Shown here: one piece after another, positions 1 to 9,395 of the stretch | Position numbering within the stretch: position 1 is the stretch's first letter | Layout of the letters: the number at the start of each line of letters is the position of its first letter | Sequence record: KX397371.1 | Length of the DNA: 64,000 nt | Strand: one strand, 5' to 3' | Notes under the pieces: model-generated | Databases searched by the model: none | What the model saw: the letters and a program-made list of their open reading frames with translations, nothing else | Told to the model about the DNA's origin: nothing | Translations under genes and position numbers: made by a program

Positions 1-2
1 GT

Positions 3-1133
3 TTGAACAGTTTACTGGACATGGGTCGCTATTCATTAGTGACGGAGTCCGAAGCTTACTTCGTGATTCCCAAACCCCTGTTCAATCTGCTGAATGCCTG
101 CTGGGTCGCTTCTGAAACCCGTGTGCCCGCGTATCCTACATTTAAGGAATATCTGGCCGCCAACTTCGAAGAGACGGTTGGGGTAGTGGCCAACGACAGT
201 GGCGGCCAGCAAACGCTGATGGTGCGGTATTCACCGACCCGCGTCGAGATGGTGTACGATGTTAACCCACCGGCATGGAGTAAGGAAGATAATCACTACG
301 AAGCCACAATGACCGCGAGCTTCGAATATGACCGCCCGGAAGAAGTCGGGTGTGTCTATCCGTACATCATCAATCAGACACCGTTGCCGGATGCCTACTT
401 CCCGCAAATCGATCCGCCGTGGATGGAAAACGAAGACGGTGTCGAACGCAGCGAAGTGCAGACATCCTTTGACGGTACGTGGTGGCAGAATGAACGCCGT
501 CAGTTGATTCGACTGCCTTACCTGTTGTGTCCACCAGAACAACTCCACCGTGTCCATTCGCCGTTAGAGGCAAAGCTTCTGCGGATGTTCGGTACCGATG
601 TGTGTTTCGGTGAGGAGAACATGTCGAACCCGGTGGTGATGTCAACCTCTGACTTGCCGTATGAGTGGAACCCGGTACTGCTGCCGTACATCGAGCACTG
701 CCGCACGATTGACCCGACGGGGATGACGGGTGTGTTCCGTACCGAGCTGTTTGAAAACGGTTTACGTATCGAACCCCGGTTGTACCACTGGCAGGATGAT
801 GAGTTCTCCTTAACCCGTGAGATGGATGTGCACAAAGCCTACTTCCTGACCGAGTCAGTGATTTACGACTGGCGGGGATTAGACCTCTGGCCGCTCCAGA
901 AATACCCGAAGGCCGCAGAGCTGCTCATCAAGTGGTTGTTCCCGAATCTGGACTTCCCGGATTGGTGGTGGGACTTACCGACGCTCCCGCCGAGTGCGTG
1001 GGAAGAGATAGAAGACAAAACCACCCAAGACGAGACCGGTGCAGGCACCAACCGCAAGCATTTGCTACTGACTGTCTTTAACACCACCATCATTGCAATA
1101 CGAGGTACTTCGAATGCTGCAAGCGAAGGGTAA
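3..1133 (+). CDS. Conserved phiKZ-family virion structural protein (5'-truncated by window edge)
   Basis: ORF open from the window start, Pro/Trp-rich, heads the block leading to helicase/MCP as in phiKZ-like phages. Product inferred from synteny. Confidence 0.55.
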   Translation: MNSLLDMGRYSLVTESEAYFVIPKPLFNLLNACWVASETRVPAYPTFKEYLAANFEETVGVVANDSGGQQTLMVRYSPTRVEMVYDVNPPAWSKEDNHYEATMTASFEYDRPEEVGCVYPYIINQTPLPDAYFPQIDPPWMENEDGVERSEVQTSFDGTWWQNERRQLIRLPYLLCPPEQLHRVHSPLEAKLLRMFGTDVCFGEENMSNPVVMSTSDLPYEWNPVLLPYIEHCRTIDPTGMTGVFRTELFENGLRIEPRLYHWQDDEFSLTREMDVHKAYFLTESVIYDWRGLDLWPLQKYPKAAELLIKWLFPNLDFPDWWWDLPTLPPSAWEEIEDKTTQDETGAGTNRKHLLLTVFNTTIIAIRGTSNAASEG

Positions 1134-2445
1134 GGGTAAAACCACATTCGAGCCGGTTAAGACGGAACCCGAATACCTGAATCAAGCTCAAGACGGCGTC
1201 AAGGAAAAAACCAACATCGTCACAGAGCCTACCAGAACGACTGTAGTCGATTTAGAGCGCACGCCTGCCGTTAACCTGCTTCCTGTCGTTGAAGGCTCCT
1301 CGTGGCCGCTGCTGGCGTATTATCGCCGGTTAATGGGCAAGAACGACCCGAAGATGCTGTTCGACCCGAAACAGGACACGCCGGTACAGCAATACGACTG
1401 CATCCACTATCTGGAGCTGCGGGTTAACAGTCCCTTGTCGCGTGACCAAGACGGGGGCAACAAAACCTTCACCATGTCGGGTAGTGCCACCATGGCCACG
1501 TCCGTGGTACCGAACGAAAACGACATCTTCACGGCTTCCCTCGGGGATAACCGCGTCGGTATCTTTAACGTCACCACTACCACCCGTAATTCGAACAACA
1601 AGGTTGCCACCTATTCCATTGAGTACACCTTACTCTTTGAAATGTCACCTGCCCACAAAGCCATACTGGACAAGTGTACGGCGCATGAGTTCTATTACGT
1701 TAAGGAACGTGCGTATACGGGTGGTGACACCTTACTCACCCCGAACGAGTACAACGCGTACTTGGCACTCGGTGAGCATGTCAAGGGGATTGAGGAGACG
1801 TACCTGCGTCGTTTCTTTAACGAGGACGCGCAAACGATTCTCTTCCCGGATGACCGTTACGGGTATGCCTACGATGTGTTCTTGGCGCAGTTCGTCCGGG
1901 ACATTGGCCTGCGTATGGTGGGTAAAGATGTGCGTATCTATCCGCACCCAACCAAACCGATTCGTGATATCGAAACGCTGTTCACGGTCATCATCGCCCA
2001 ACAACCCCTGTTCCTGCAAGATGTCAATCGCAAGAACAAAGGGTTGTCGGTGCGGTCGTTCCGTACCATGCAGACGTACAACAACGTGGGTTGGTCGAAG
2101 ATTGCAGTAACGCGCTACTTCTCTGACGATGCGCCGTTGCGTCAAATGCCTGCGGAATGGCCGAAGTTCGATGACTTTACCAGCATAGATGTGTTGCTGG
2201 AAGGCTCGAACGAAACGGTGCCGGGCTTCCTGCCGTTAACGTACACGCCATACCTGCTGACTGACGTGTTTTACAACGGCGGATACAGCTCCGGGCTGGA
2301 GTACGCACTACAGCAGTACCTGAACAAACAACCGCTTTCCACAAAGCTGGCGCTGGATTTGGCGAAGCAGGTTCACAAGCTGCCGAAGACCGCGCAACTG
2401 TATTACGTACCACTGGTGTACGTATTGTTGAAATACGCGAGGTAA
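1114..2445 (+). CDS. Conserved phiKZ-family virion (tail/baseplate-region) protein
   Basis: GAGG RBS upstream of ATG 1114. Motif VVPNENDIF...G.F.V...R recalled from Chimalliviridae structural proteins. Confidence 0.55.
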   Translation: MLQAKGKGKTTFEPVKTEPEYLNQAQDGVKEKTNIVTEPTRTTVVDLERTPAVNLLPVVEGSSWPLLAYYRRLMGKNDPKMLFDPKQDTPVQQYDCIHYLELRVNSPLSRDQDGGNKTFTMSGSATMATSVVPNENDIFTASLGDNRVGIFNVTTTTRNSNNKVATYSIEYTLLFEMSPAHKAILDKCTAHEFYYVKERAYTGGDTLLTPNEYNAYLALGEHVKGIEETYLRRFFNEDAQTILFPDDRYGYAYDVFLAQFVRDIGLRMVGKDVRIYPHPTKPIRDIETLFTVIIAQQPLFLQDVNRKNKGLSVRSFRTMQTYNNVGWSKIAVTRYFSDDAPLRQMPAEWPKFDDFTSIDVLLEGSNETVPGFLPLTYTPYLLTDVFYNGGYSSGLEYALQQYLNKQPLSTKLALDLAKQVHKLPKTAQLYYVPLVYVLLKYAR

Positions 2446-2448
2446 GGC

Positions 2449-2991
2449 ATGAGCACGCAGAACAAGACTGCGGCATTCCACCTGTTCCATTCGTGGGTCG
2501 GGTGGCGTATCCCGGAGTATTCTACCCTGACCGCGTATGCGACGCAGGAGTATGGTTTGTTTCTTCCTGAGGACAAACAGAAAGCCCGTGCTATCCTGTT
2601 GAACAAAAAGTTCGTGATGTACCGCCCCTTCGAGATTGCCCAGTATCTGGCAACCGGGGGTGCGTTGGACATTAACGATCCGCAAGACGGGATTAAAGTG
2701 TACGGCTGGATAATGGAGCACTTGGCAAACTGGATTAAACACATCGAGACGCCACAGCTGATCCCACAACCTATCCCCATCGTGGGGCTGCGTGAATTCA
2801 ACGTGCTCGCCAACAAACTCTTCCCCGTGGCAAACCGTTATGGTTACTTCAAAAAGCCCGAAGCCACCATGGCGGATGCAGTTGCGTCGTTGTTCGGGGA
2901 AGTGAAGTTAACGCAGCAACAACACCGGTTTAACGATACGCTGATTAAACGCATCGAAGCCGGGTACCGTAAACGTGGAGGTAATCGGTAA
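2449..2991 (+). CDS. Hypothetical protein
   Basis: 180-aa ORF tightly coupled to both neighbours; the stop overlaps the next ATG. Confidence 0.8.
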   Translation: MSTQNKTAAFHLFHSWVGWRIPEYSTLTAYATQEYGLFLPEDKQKARAILLNKKFVMYRPFEIAQYLATGGALDINDPQDGIKVYGWIMEHLANWIKHIETPQLIPQPIPIVGLREFNVLANKLFPVANRYGYFKKPEATMADAVASLFGEVKLTQQQHRFNDTLIKRIEAGYRKRGGNR

Positions 2992-4295
2992 TGGCCTATG
3001 GTCGCTTTCAACAGATTGTAAACTACCACATCGCGCAAGCGGCCGGATTGCCTCCCGTCGAGTACAACGCGGTGGTCACCGTGAGAGGGATTCCCCTGAC
3101 GGTGATTCGTGTGCACTCCCTGATACACTCCGGGAACTTCTTCGAAGACATCACGACCCTGACCCATTTGACGTTGGTGGTGCCGTTCTCGCAGATGCGT
3201 ATCGCCACCGCAAATTCCGACGGGGACTTAAAGGTGCAGATTACCTTGCGTAGCGCCAACCGCTTACTCGCCACGTACGCGTATCGCGGTATCGTGGTAA
3301 ACAACCGTGACCCGGACATGGAAGCCCAAACCATGTTCTCCGGTCAGTCGGATGAGAAAGCGATTGCCTTCGTCACCTTCGAGCTGATGGATGAGTCCAT
3401 CTGGTTCTTGCGTCTGCGTAACGTCAAGGTACGTCACCAAGAAACGGACGCCTTAACAGTCGCCCGTGCTATCTTGGCAGACACGCTGCCTGACTCGTCC
3501 AACGAAGGGGAAGTCTTGTCGCTTGCCTACGAGAAAGAAGAACAGCAACTTTACCGTAACATCATTCTGCCGGACAGCACGACCTTTATGGAAGTGTTTG
3601 ATCAGTTGCAAGAACGTTATGGTATCTACAGCAAAGGGTTGGGTGTCTACCAACATTTGCGACGCTGGTATCTGTATCAATTGTGGGACGAGGAGAAGTT
3701 CAACACCGCAACCGAGAAGGTGGTCATCTATAACCTTCCCCGCGAAAAGGCAGCCCAGATAGACAAGACCATCCACATCACGCCGGGTGTTCTCTACCTG
3801 ATTACCGGTGGGGACACCACTACCGTCGTGAAGACGGACGAGAACGCCCTGAATCAAGGGACGGGTTACCGTGTCGGTTCTATCCGTGCATTGGATAACC
3901 GTGCGTCTTCGTTTACACCGGGCGGTGTCAGTATGACCACACCAGACAAATTCGTTTCACAAGCTAACCCGGTGGACTACGCCGGAAAGGTGACGAATGC
4001 GCCGGTGGCCAAACAAGGCTTTACCGACAACGACAAGCCGCTTCGTGCGAAGCTCGCCCGCTCAACCGGCACCTTTATCAAGGTGACGTGGAACCGCGCT
4101 GCACATGGTCTCATTAAGCCGGGGATGGCGGTGAAGTATGTCTATGCCAATGAGTACGGCATTTACAGTCGCTACGGTACCGTTGTAGGTGAGGTCTTCC
4201 AAGCCGGTCTGGACGGTGGGTCGATTGCTACAGCGAACCACAATACCCAATCAGAACTTACCCTCTGGTTAGGGAAACAAAAAAATACAGCATAG
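2991..4295 (+). CDS. Virion structural protein, possible baseplate hub-like
   Basis: 434 aa, coupled start. C-terminal W..A...LIKPGMAVKYVY resembles hub/late-control-D type folds; weak inference. Confidence 0.4.
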   Translation: MAYGRFQQIVNYHIAQAAGLPPVEYNAVVTVRGIPLTVIRVHSLIHSGNFFEDITTLTHLTLVVPFSQMRIATANSDGDLKVQITLRSANRLLATYAYRGIVVNNRDPDMEAQTMFSGQSDEKAIAFVTFELMDESIWFLRLRNVKVRHQETDALTVARAILADTLPDSSNEGEVLSLAYEKEEQQLYRNIILPDSTTFMEVFDQLQERYGIYSKGLGVYQHLRRWYLYQLWDEEKFNTATEKVVIYNLPREKAAQIDKTIHITPGVLYLITGGDTTTVVKTDENALNQGTGYRVGSIRALDNRASSFTPGGVSMTTPDKFVSQANPVDYAGKVTNAPVAKQGFTDNDKPLRAKLARSTGTFIKVTWNRAAHGLIKPGMAVKYVYANEYGIYSRYGTVVGEVFQAGLDGGSIATANHNTQSELTLWLGKQKNTA

Positions 4296-4332
4296 TGCCG
4301 TTCTATGTTAACGTAACCATAAGGACTTTGTA

Positions 4333-5130
4333 ATGAACTCAGTTTACGCCCTCCGCCTACCTGGACAACTTATCCAGGAGATTGAAGCCCACGAACAGAA
4401 AAACTTTAGCCGCCCGTCGAACCTGTGGGATCGCATCGTTAAAGTTTTACCGCGTGACGGCGAAATCGCACTGTTGTACGTCATGGCGTCCAGCCTTGAT
4501 GCCAACGTGGCTATCATTTATACCCAAAATGGTGTGGAGCAATGTCGTCAGCTGCCGATTAGTGAAAAAGGCTCTCTGGGCCAACTGCTGTTCCTGCACT
4601 GCATGACCACCCTCCCGGTCTGGTCTGCGCTGCGTGGCCAGTACGATTTCGAATACATCTACTTCTACGGCCAGAAGCTGTCCAACGACATCATCGTTGG
4701 TGATCAGTCGACCTACCCGCGTTATGTTGAACGTATCACGCCGCAAGACACCGCTGATGCCGGTGACTACGAATTCAACATGTTCCGCTTCCAGTTGGTC
4801 GGTGAATCCCGTGACCCGCAGAACACCGTGGCCCTTCGCGCTGCGATTCGTTGTGTGGCTCGCTCAACTACCCGTGAGCTGTCAACCAACATCAACGAAA
4901 TCTTCCCGGTGCTGCAATACGGCCCGCTGATCACGTTCAACTCCTACGTGCCATTCCCGTGCCAGATTCTGACGCCGTACGATAACGAGTGCACACTCGG
5001 TGCGGCGAAAGAATACGGTCTGCATGCGCAGGACGCTGTGATTGCCATCAGTGATGAACGTATTGTCATCAACGCACTGCAAGGTGTACAGGCCATGGAC
5101 GTTCCGCCAATGACCGTGATGGGGCAATAA
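4333..5130 (+). CDS. Hypothetical protein
   Basis: AAGGA RBS, biased codon usage, followed by a hairpin terminator. Confidence 0.8.
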   Translation: MNSVYALRLPGQLIQEIEAHEQKNFSRPSNLWDRIVKVLPRDGEIALLYVMASSLDANVAIIYTQNGVEQCRQLPISEKGSLGQLLFLHCMTTLPVWSALRGQYDFEYIYFYGQKLSNDIIVGDQSTYPRYVERITPQDTADAGDYEFNMFRFQLVGESRDPQNTVALRAAIRCVARSTTRELSTNINEIFPVLQYGPLITFNSYVPFPCQILTPYDNECTLGAAKEYGLHAQDAVIAISDERIVINALQGVQAMDVPPMTVMGQ

Positions 5131-5140
5131 AGAATAAGAA

Positions 5141-5163
5141 GCTGACCTCCTTGTGAGGTCAGC
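5141..5163 (+). terminator. Intrinsic terminator
   Basis: GCTGACCTC-cttgt-GAGGTCAGC followed by a T-rich tract. Confidence 0.75.
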
Positions 5164-5295
5164 ACTTTCTATTTCTTTCTCTAAACAGAGAAACAACAGG
5201 ACAACATCATTTATCGTTTATTGTAATAAAAACGCTCTACGTGCGTTACAGAGCGTTTAAATGCCATATCTGGCTCACTCGTAGTAAAAATAATC

Positions 5296-5320
5296 TCAGA
5301 TATATATTACCTAGGTGAGA
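5296..5320 (+). promoter_or_regulatory. Putative early (virion RNAP) promoter
   Basis: TCAGATATATATTACCTAGGTGAGA contains TATATTAC, the phiKZ early-promoter core; near-identical copy at 52833. Confidence 0.75.
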
Positions 5321-5363
5321 GTTGTACAATAATCCTTAACTAATTACATATCTGGAGATACCT

Positions 5364-5543
5364 ATGAATACTTTAGAACGTATGGCTGCTGCACGTAAAG
5401 CTCGCATGTCCGAAAACAACCCACACGGTTATCAGTCAGAACAACTGCGCCACTCCGATGCAGTTCTGACTCGCAGCATTAACGAAGGCAAGAAAGTTGA
5501 CGATGTACTGGCCAGCGCCATGGACCGTCTGAACAAATTCTAA
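5364..5543 (+). CDS. Small early protein, 59 aa (MNTLERMAAARKARMSENN...), absent from ORF track
   Basis: GGAG RBS, ATG 5364, in-frame TAA 5541-5543, directly downstream of the promoter motif. Confidence 0.8.
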   Translation: MNTLERMAAARKARMSENNPHGYQSEQLRHSDAVLTRSINEGKKVDDVLASAMDRLNKF

Positions 5544-5579
5544 TTCTACCATCTCTAATCGACTATCGAGGACTACATC

Positions 5580-5717
5580 ATGTTCAAACACAAACGCGCT
5601 ATCCTGACCATCGTTGCAATCATGGCCTTCGGTTCACTGTACTTATCTGTTTCTACTGACTACGACACCTGCCGCGCTAACGGAAACTCCGTTAATCTGT
5701 GCACCGGTCGTGGTTAA
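5580..5717 (+). CDS. Small membrane/secreted peptide, 45 aa (MFKHKRAILTIVAIMAFGSLYLSV...C...C), absent from ORF track
   Basis: GAGGA RBS, basic N-terminus plus hydrophobic stretch, two Cys, followed by a terminator. Confidence 0.75.
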   Translation: MFKHKRAILTIVAIMAFGSLYLSVSTDYDTCRANGNSVNLCTGRG

Positions 5718-5723
5718 TCCAAT

Positions 5724-5743
5724 AGGTAGCCTTCGGGCTACCT
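5724..5743 (+). terminator. Intrinsic terminator (UUCG loop)
   Basis: AGGTAGCC-TTCG-GGCTACCT plus T tract. Confidence 0.8.
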
Positions 5744-5773
5744 TAATTTTTTGTTTACACAAGGACTATCAAG

Positions 5774-6490
5774 ATGACCCTGTTATTGAATCGCTTCGAC
5801 CTGTCACCCCGTTACCCAACTTTACGTCATGACCCTAAACTGATTGCCGAAGTGGAAGACATTCGCTTGGCGGTATCCGAAGACCCGAACGGCGAAGACA
5901 AGATTTTCGTGGTCATTTATAAAGGTCAGGTTATCTCTGGCGTCTCTTTCAGTAAGCCCAGTTATCCGCGTGATGAAGACAACCAACGTGAGCAACGTAA
6001 CGCGGCATACACTGCGCTGAGTTATGCCTCATCCCACCTGATGGCAGTTACCCCCATCTTTGCAGAGCGTGCGGTGCTGGTAGGTCAGATGGTCGCGTTG
6101 TACACCCTGACTAACATGGACGAATTCTACAACGACGATCGTATTACGCAACGCCTGCAAGAAGACCCACGTAAAGCCCACAACGCCTCTGACTGCAAGC
6201 TCGATGCCTTAGCGCTGTTGTCTGAGCTGTATCACGTTTGCCCCACCTTTGACAATAACGGCATCGTTGCCCAGTACGAAAACGTCAAACTGAACGTACT
6301 GACCTTGTGGGGAATTGAAAAGATTCGCTACAAGCTGACCGCCAAAGGTGGCACGTACGAACTGACTGCATATGTCGATGTCGGCTTCGAAGAAGACAGC
6401 CGCGACACGGTTGACAATTTTATGTCGCAGTTTGAGTTCCCGCTGCAATCCATCCCTGTTGACCAGAAAGAAGAAGGAGAAGACGAATAA
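5774..6490 (+). CDS. Hypothetical protein
   Basis: 238 aa, AAGGA RBS. Confidence 0.8.
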   Translation: MTLLLNRFDLSPRYPTLRHDPKLIAEVEDIRLAVSEDPNGEDKIFVVIYKGQVISGVSFSKPSYPRDEDNQREQRNAAYTALSYASSHLMAVTPIFAERAVLVGQMVALYTLTNMDEFYNDDRITQRLQEDPRKAHNASDCKLDALALLSELYHVCPTFDNNGIVAQYENVKLNVLTLWGIEKIRYKLTAKGGTYELTAYVDVGFEEDSRDTVDNFMSQFEFPLQSIPVDQKEEGEDE

Positions 6491-6882
6491 TGCGAAAGAG
6501 TCGTCTGTTACTGGCGTTAAAGTTTTTGTTTAAAGGTAACATTTTTAAGTGTCGTCACCGTATGGGACGTGTGAAGGATTTCCTGTACGGCCCAAAGAAA
6601 TACCACCTCACAGAGCCACGTTGCCTGTGGGATGAGACACTCGACCACAAGTTCCGTGTGGTACGCTACCGCAGGGTATACTGCTGGTACGGAAGACTCT
6701 ACTCACCATTTCGTCGGACTCACCACAAAGGTCTGGAGTTGGAAAACGGGGTCATCGTGCCCCATGAAACCATCGCAGATTATCTGGCAGCCCTGAAAAA
6801 GGCTGATGTAGTGTTTCCGCAATTAGTTGCGAACCTGAGAAAGGCGACCGACGAGTTGTGTAATTCACGCATCGAAGCCTAG
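6490..6882 (+). CDS. Hypothetical basic protein
   Basis: 130 aa, TAATG coupling, terminator at about 6888-6913. Confidence 0.75.
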   Translation: MRKSRLLLALKFLFKGNIFKCRHRMGRVKDFLYGPKKYHLTEPRCLWDETLDHKFRVVRYRRVYCWYGRLYSPFRRTHHKGLELENGVIVPHETIADYLAALKKADVVFPQLVANLRKATDELCNSRIEA

Positions 6883-6996
6883 TTGTACCCCCAATCTCTT
6901 CGGAGGTTGGGGTCTTTATTTATTTTCGCAAAGAAAATAAAAGTCGGTTACTCCCCCGGCAAGGAGAGTAACCTTAATCACATTGGAGTGACCAAT

Positions 6997-7140
6997 ATGA
7001 ACAACTTTGTAAACCACTTACTGGCGCAAAAGAAGCGCACTGAGCAATACAACCAACGTGTGGCCGAGGTGCAACGCGCCCCAGCGCCGCGCTCACGGCT
7101 TAAAGGCTTAGGGGGTGAAATAGTATTCACTAAACGGTAA
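6997..7140 (+). CDS. Small hypothetical protein, 47 aa (MNNFVNHLLAQKK...)
   Basis: GGAG RBS before ATG 6997; the longer ORF-track start runs through the terminator. Confidence 0.7.
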   Translation: MNNFVNHLLAQKKRTEQYNQRVAEVQRAPAPRSRLKGLGGEIVFTKR

Positions 7141-7157
7141 TTGATAAGATAACTAAC

Positions 7158-7183
7158 CTAGCCGGTGTTACAGCACCGGCTAG
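7158..7183. terminator. Hairpin between convergent genes (probable bidirectional terminator)
   Basis: CTAGCCGGTG-ttacag-CACCGGCTAG. Confidence 0.6.
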
Positions 7184-7275
7184 TAATCCCACCATAGTAA
7201 GACGCTTATTTTTTTTGTCTCGGCAGGACACATAACTGCCCCTGCTGGAGACCGAAGTCTCCAGCTGAGTTAGGC

Positions 7276-8841
7276 TCAGAATAAATCGTCGCCCATGCCA
7301 CCGGTAAAGTGGTTGATAGAGGATGCCGTCACGGTCATCTCTTTGTCGCAATCCCAAGGTAGGATGCCAACGTCTGCAAACGGTATAACAGTGTAATGAT
7401 GTTTCTCATTGGTATCAATGATGGTACGGTGTTTACCACGTTGCACTTCTAAGAAGCTGTGACCGTTGACCACACGCTTGTTGAAGTACACCTCACCATC
7501 GGCTTCGTTATCCAGACTCGTACAGTTGTCGTACAAGCCACGACCGGGCAGGTTCTTACAGAAGCCAACCGGGTCTACCGCTTTCAGACGTTTCCCTTCT
7601 GGAGAAATCTGATGCGGTGCTAACAGGAAACCGTGGTTACGCACGACCTGAATGTTTCGGGCCATACGGTAAATCTCTTTGATGTCACTGCCTGCAATCC
7701 CGTTACCGTGTCCCGCTTTGTTGATGGTGCCAAGGTAGTCGGCACGAATCCCAACAACGTGGAAGCCGTCACGTTTGTAGTCAGTGATAAGGTCGTTCAG
7801 GTAATGCACTTTGAAATCGGTGTTCGTGTGTTTCTCAAACGAGTATTCCCACCCGTTCGCACGAATCTTACCAATCAGGTAATCGGCCATTTGCTGAACA
7901 TGAGCAGCACGTTCTTCATCGGTGGCCGTCTCAGGCAGGGTCATTACTGGTGCAGCACCTTCAAAGTGACCGTAGATAGCCTGATAAGCGTAAGCGATGT
8001 TCACGTCCAGTTCGTTCTCAAGACTCAAGTCCAGAATCAGCGGAGCCAAGTTACCTTTTACATTCGCCATGACTTTTTCCGGTGTGTTAAACAACGGAAC
8101 CGAAATAGCGGTCAAGAGACTAAACAGAGACTTACAGTTAAATGGTAGCGCAGGCATGAGCCACAATTCTTCGGTAATCCCTTTGTTACACCCCATCATT
8201 TGATTGATGGCTTTCCAACCGGTCTTCAAACCATTACCGGCAACCTTACGGTTAATGTCGCTGAACGTCTTCACAAACGGTGCTCGGTCTGTGGTAATCA
8301 GCTTGTTCACCTGTGAAGGAATCTTATTATGAGAACGTTCACCGAACGTGGCCATCGATCCCGTCAGATCTTTCAGCGCTGTCTGGAGGTCAACGCGGGT
8401 TTCTGTTCCGTTCAACACGCCGAGTGTACGACCAAGGTATTGCTTTAACTGCACGCCTTGGATTGCCTGACGCAATTGGAAATAATATTGGGAGAGGGTT
8501 TTGTTCAGATAGTCGATACGTTCTTCTTCGGCTTCCGGCAATTCCTCAGCATCCATGAATTTCACAATCACATCGTATAGAGGGCGTGTTTGCGTGGTTG
8601 CCAGTTTCAAGCGCTTCATGACATTGGTGTGGTTGTATTCCATACCACCGTCGATGACTGATGTTATAATGTCTTTGATTTCAGCTAATGCCGAGCGCTC
8701 GTCACCTTCTTCGACGTAATCGGGGAGCTTGACCTCGTGGAGCACTTTTCTTATGACGTCATGATCTTTATCGGGCTCAGACAGAAGGCTCTCTGCGTAT
8801 AAGGCGGCTAAGGCTGTTATCAACATCATTTTACTATTCAT
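7276..8841 (-). CDS. dnaB: DnaB-like replicative helicase (phiKZ gp118-like)
   Basis: GLKTGWKAIN, variant Walker A ALPFNCKS, SLENE, ADYL, PHQIS and QRGKHR motifs; position next to the MCP gene. Confidence 0.85.
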   Translation of the reverse strand: MNSKMMLITALAALYAESLLSEPDKDHDVIRKVLHEVKLPDYVEEGDERSALAEIKDIITSVIDGGMEYNHTNVMKRLKLATTQTRPLYDVIVKFMDAEELPEAEEERIDYLNKTLSQYYFQLRQAIQGVQLKQYLGRTLGVLNGTETRVDLQTALKDLTGSMATFGERSHNKIPSQVNKLITTDRAPFVKTFSDINRKVAGNGLKTGWKAINQMMGCNKGITEELWLMPALPFNCKSLFSLLTAISVPLFNTPEKVMANVKGNLAPLILDLSLENELDVNIAYAYQAIYGHFEGAAPVMTLPETATDEERAAHVQQMADYLIGKIRANGWEYSFEKHTNTDFKVHYLNDLITDYKRDGFHVVGIRADYLGTINKAGHGNGIAGSDIKEIYRMARNIQVVRNHGFLLAPHQISPEGKRLKAVDPVGFCKNLPGRGLYDNCTSLDNEADGEVYFNKRVVNGHSFLEVQRGKHRTIIDTNEKHHYTVIPFADVGILPWDCDKEMTVTASSINHFTGGMGDDLF

Positions 8842-8854
8842 GGAGCATCCTTCA

Positions 8855-9394
8855 ATGCGAATTCGTTTTAGCCCTGCATGGGAAGTTCAACCTAACATAG
8901 ATAAAGTAGCCAGCGTTAAAAAGTTGGAATTACTCCAACCGCTGTTCTTTAACTGGTTATATGACTGTGCTCCTGTTGCATTCAGTTCAAAGCTGTTGCC
9001 GGACTGCTCGCGTGAAACCATCTACAAATCATTGATGGCACCTCCGCTGCTTCCAGTTAAATATTATGACCAGGTGTTTGACTTGGTTAGACAAGGTTCG
9101 AAAGAGTCCCTTTCCGATTTATATGGGGAAGCTTTCACCGAACAGTTACGCTGGGCTTTTGTCCAACGTAACGATGTTATAGTGGCGTCTCTAGTTGAAG
9201 CGAAGGCCGGACATCCGGGTTTCACCCTCAGCGACGAACGCGCCGCGAAAAAGACGTTCTGCGCAGAACTTTTTAAATATGTGCGTACCAAGACTCGCGT
9301 CGTGGATGATTCATTCAGCACGTCTACGCAGTTTGCTGCTCATGAAGTGCTGACGCAACTCTACGCATGTCATTTATCACACAAGGTAACTTGA
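8855..9394 (+). CDS. Conserved protein between helicase and MCP (phiKZ gp119 position)
   Basis: GGAG at 8843-8846 before ATG 8855; synteny. Confidence 0.65.
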   Translation: MRIRFSPAWEVQPNIDKVASVKKLELLQPLFFNWLYDCAPVAFSSKLLPDCSRETIYKSLMAPPLLPVKYYDQVFDLVRQGSKESLSDLYGEAFTEQLRWAFVQRNDVIVASLVEAKAGHPGFTLSDERAAKKTFCAELFKYVRTKTRVVDDSFSTSTQFAAHEVLTQLYACHLSHKVT

Positions 9395-9395
9395 A

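Noticed and set aside
5160-5295. AT-rich gap with a 9-bp inverted repeat (5230-5258) as a possible replication origin
   Set aside because: No iterons, and it is explained by terminator plus promoter context; cannot be supported from sequence alone.
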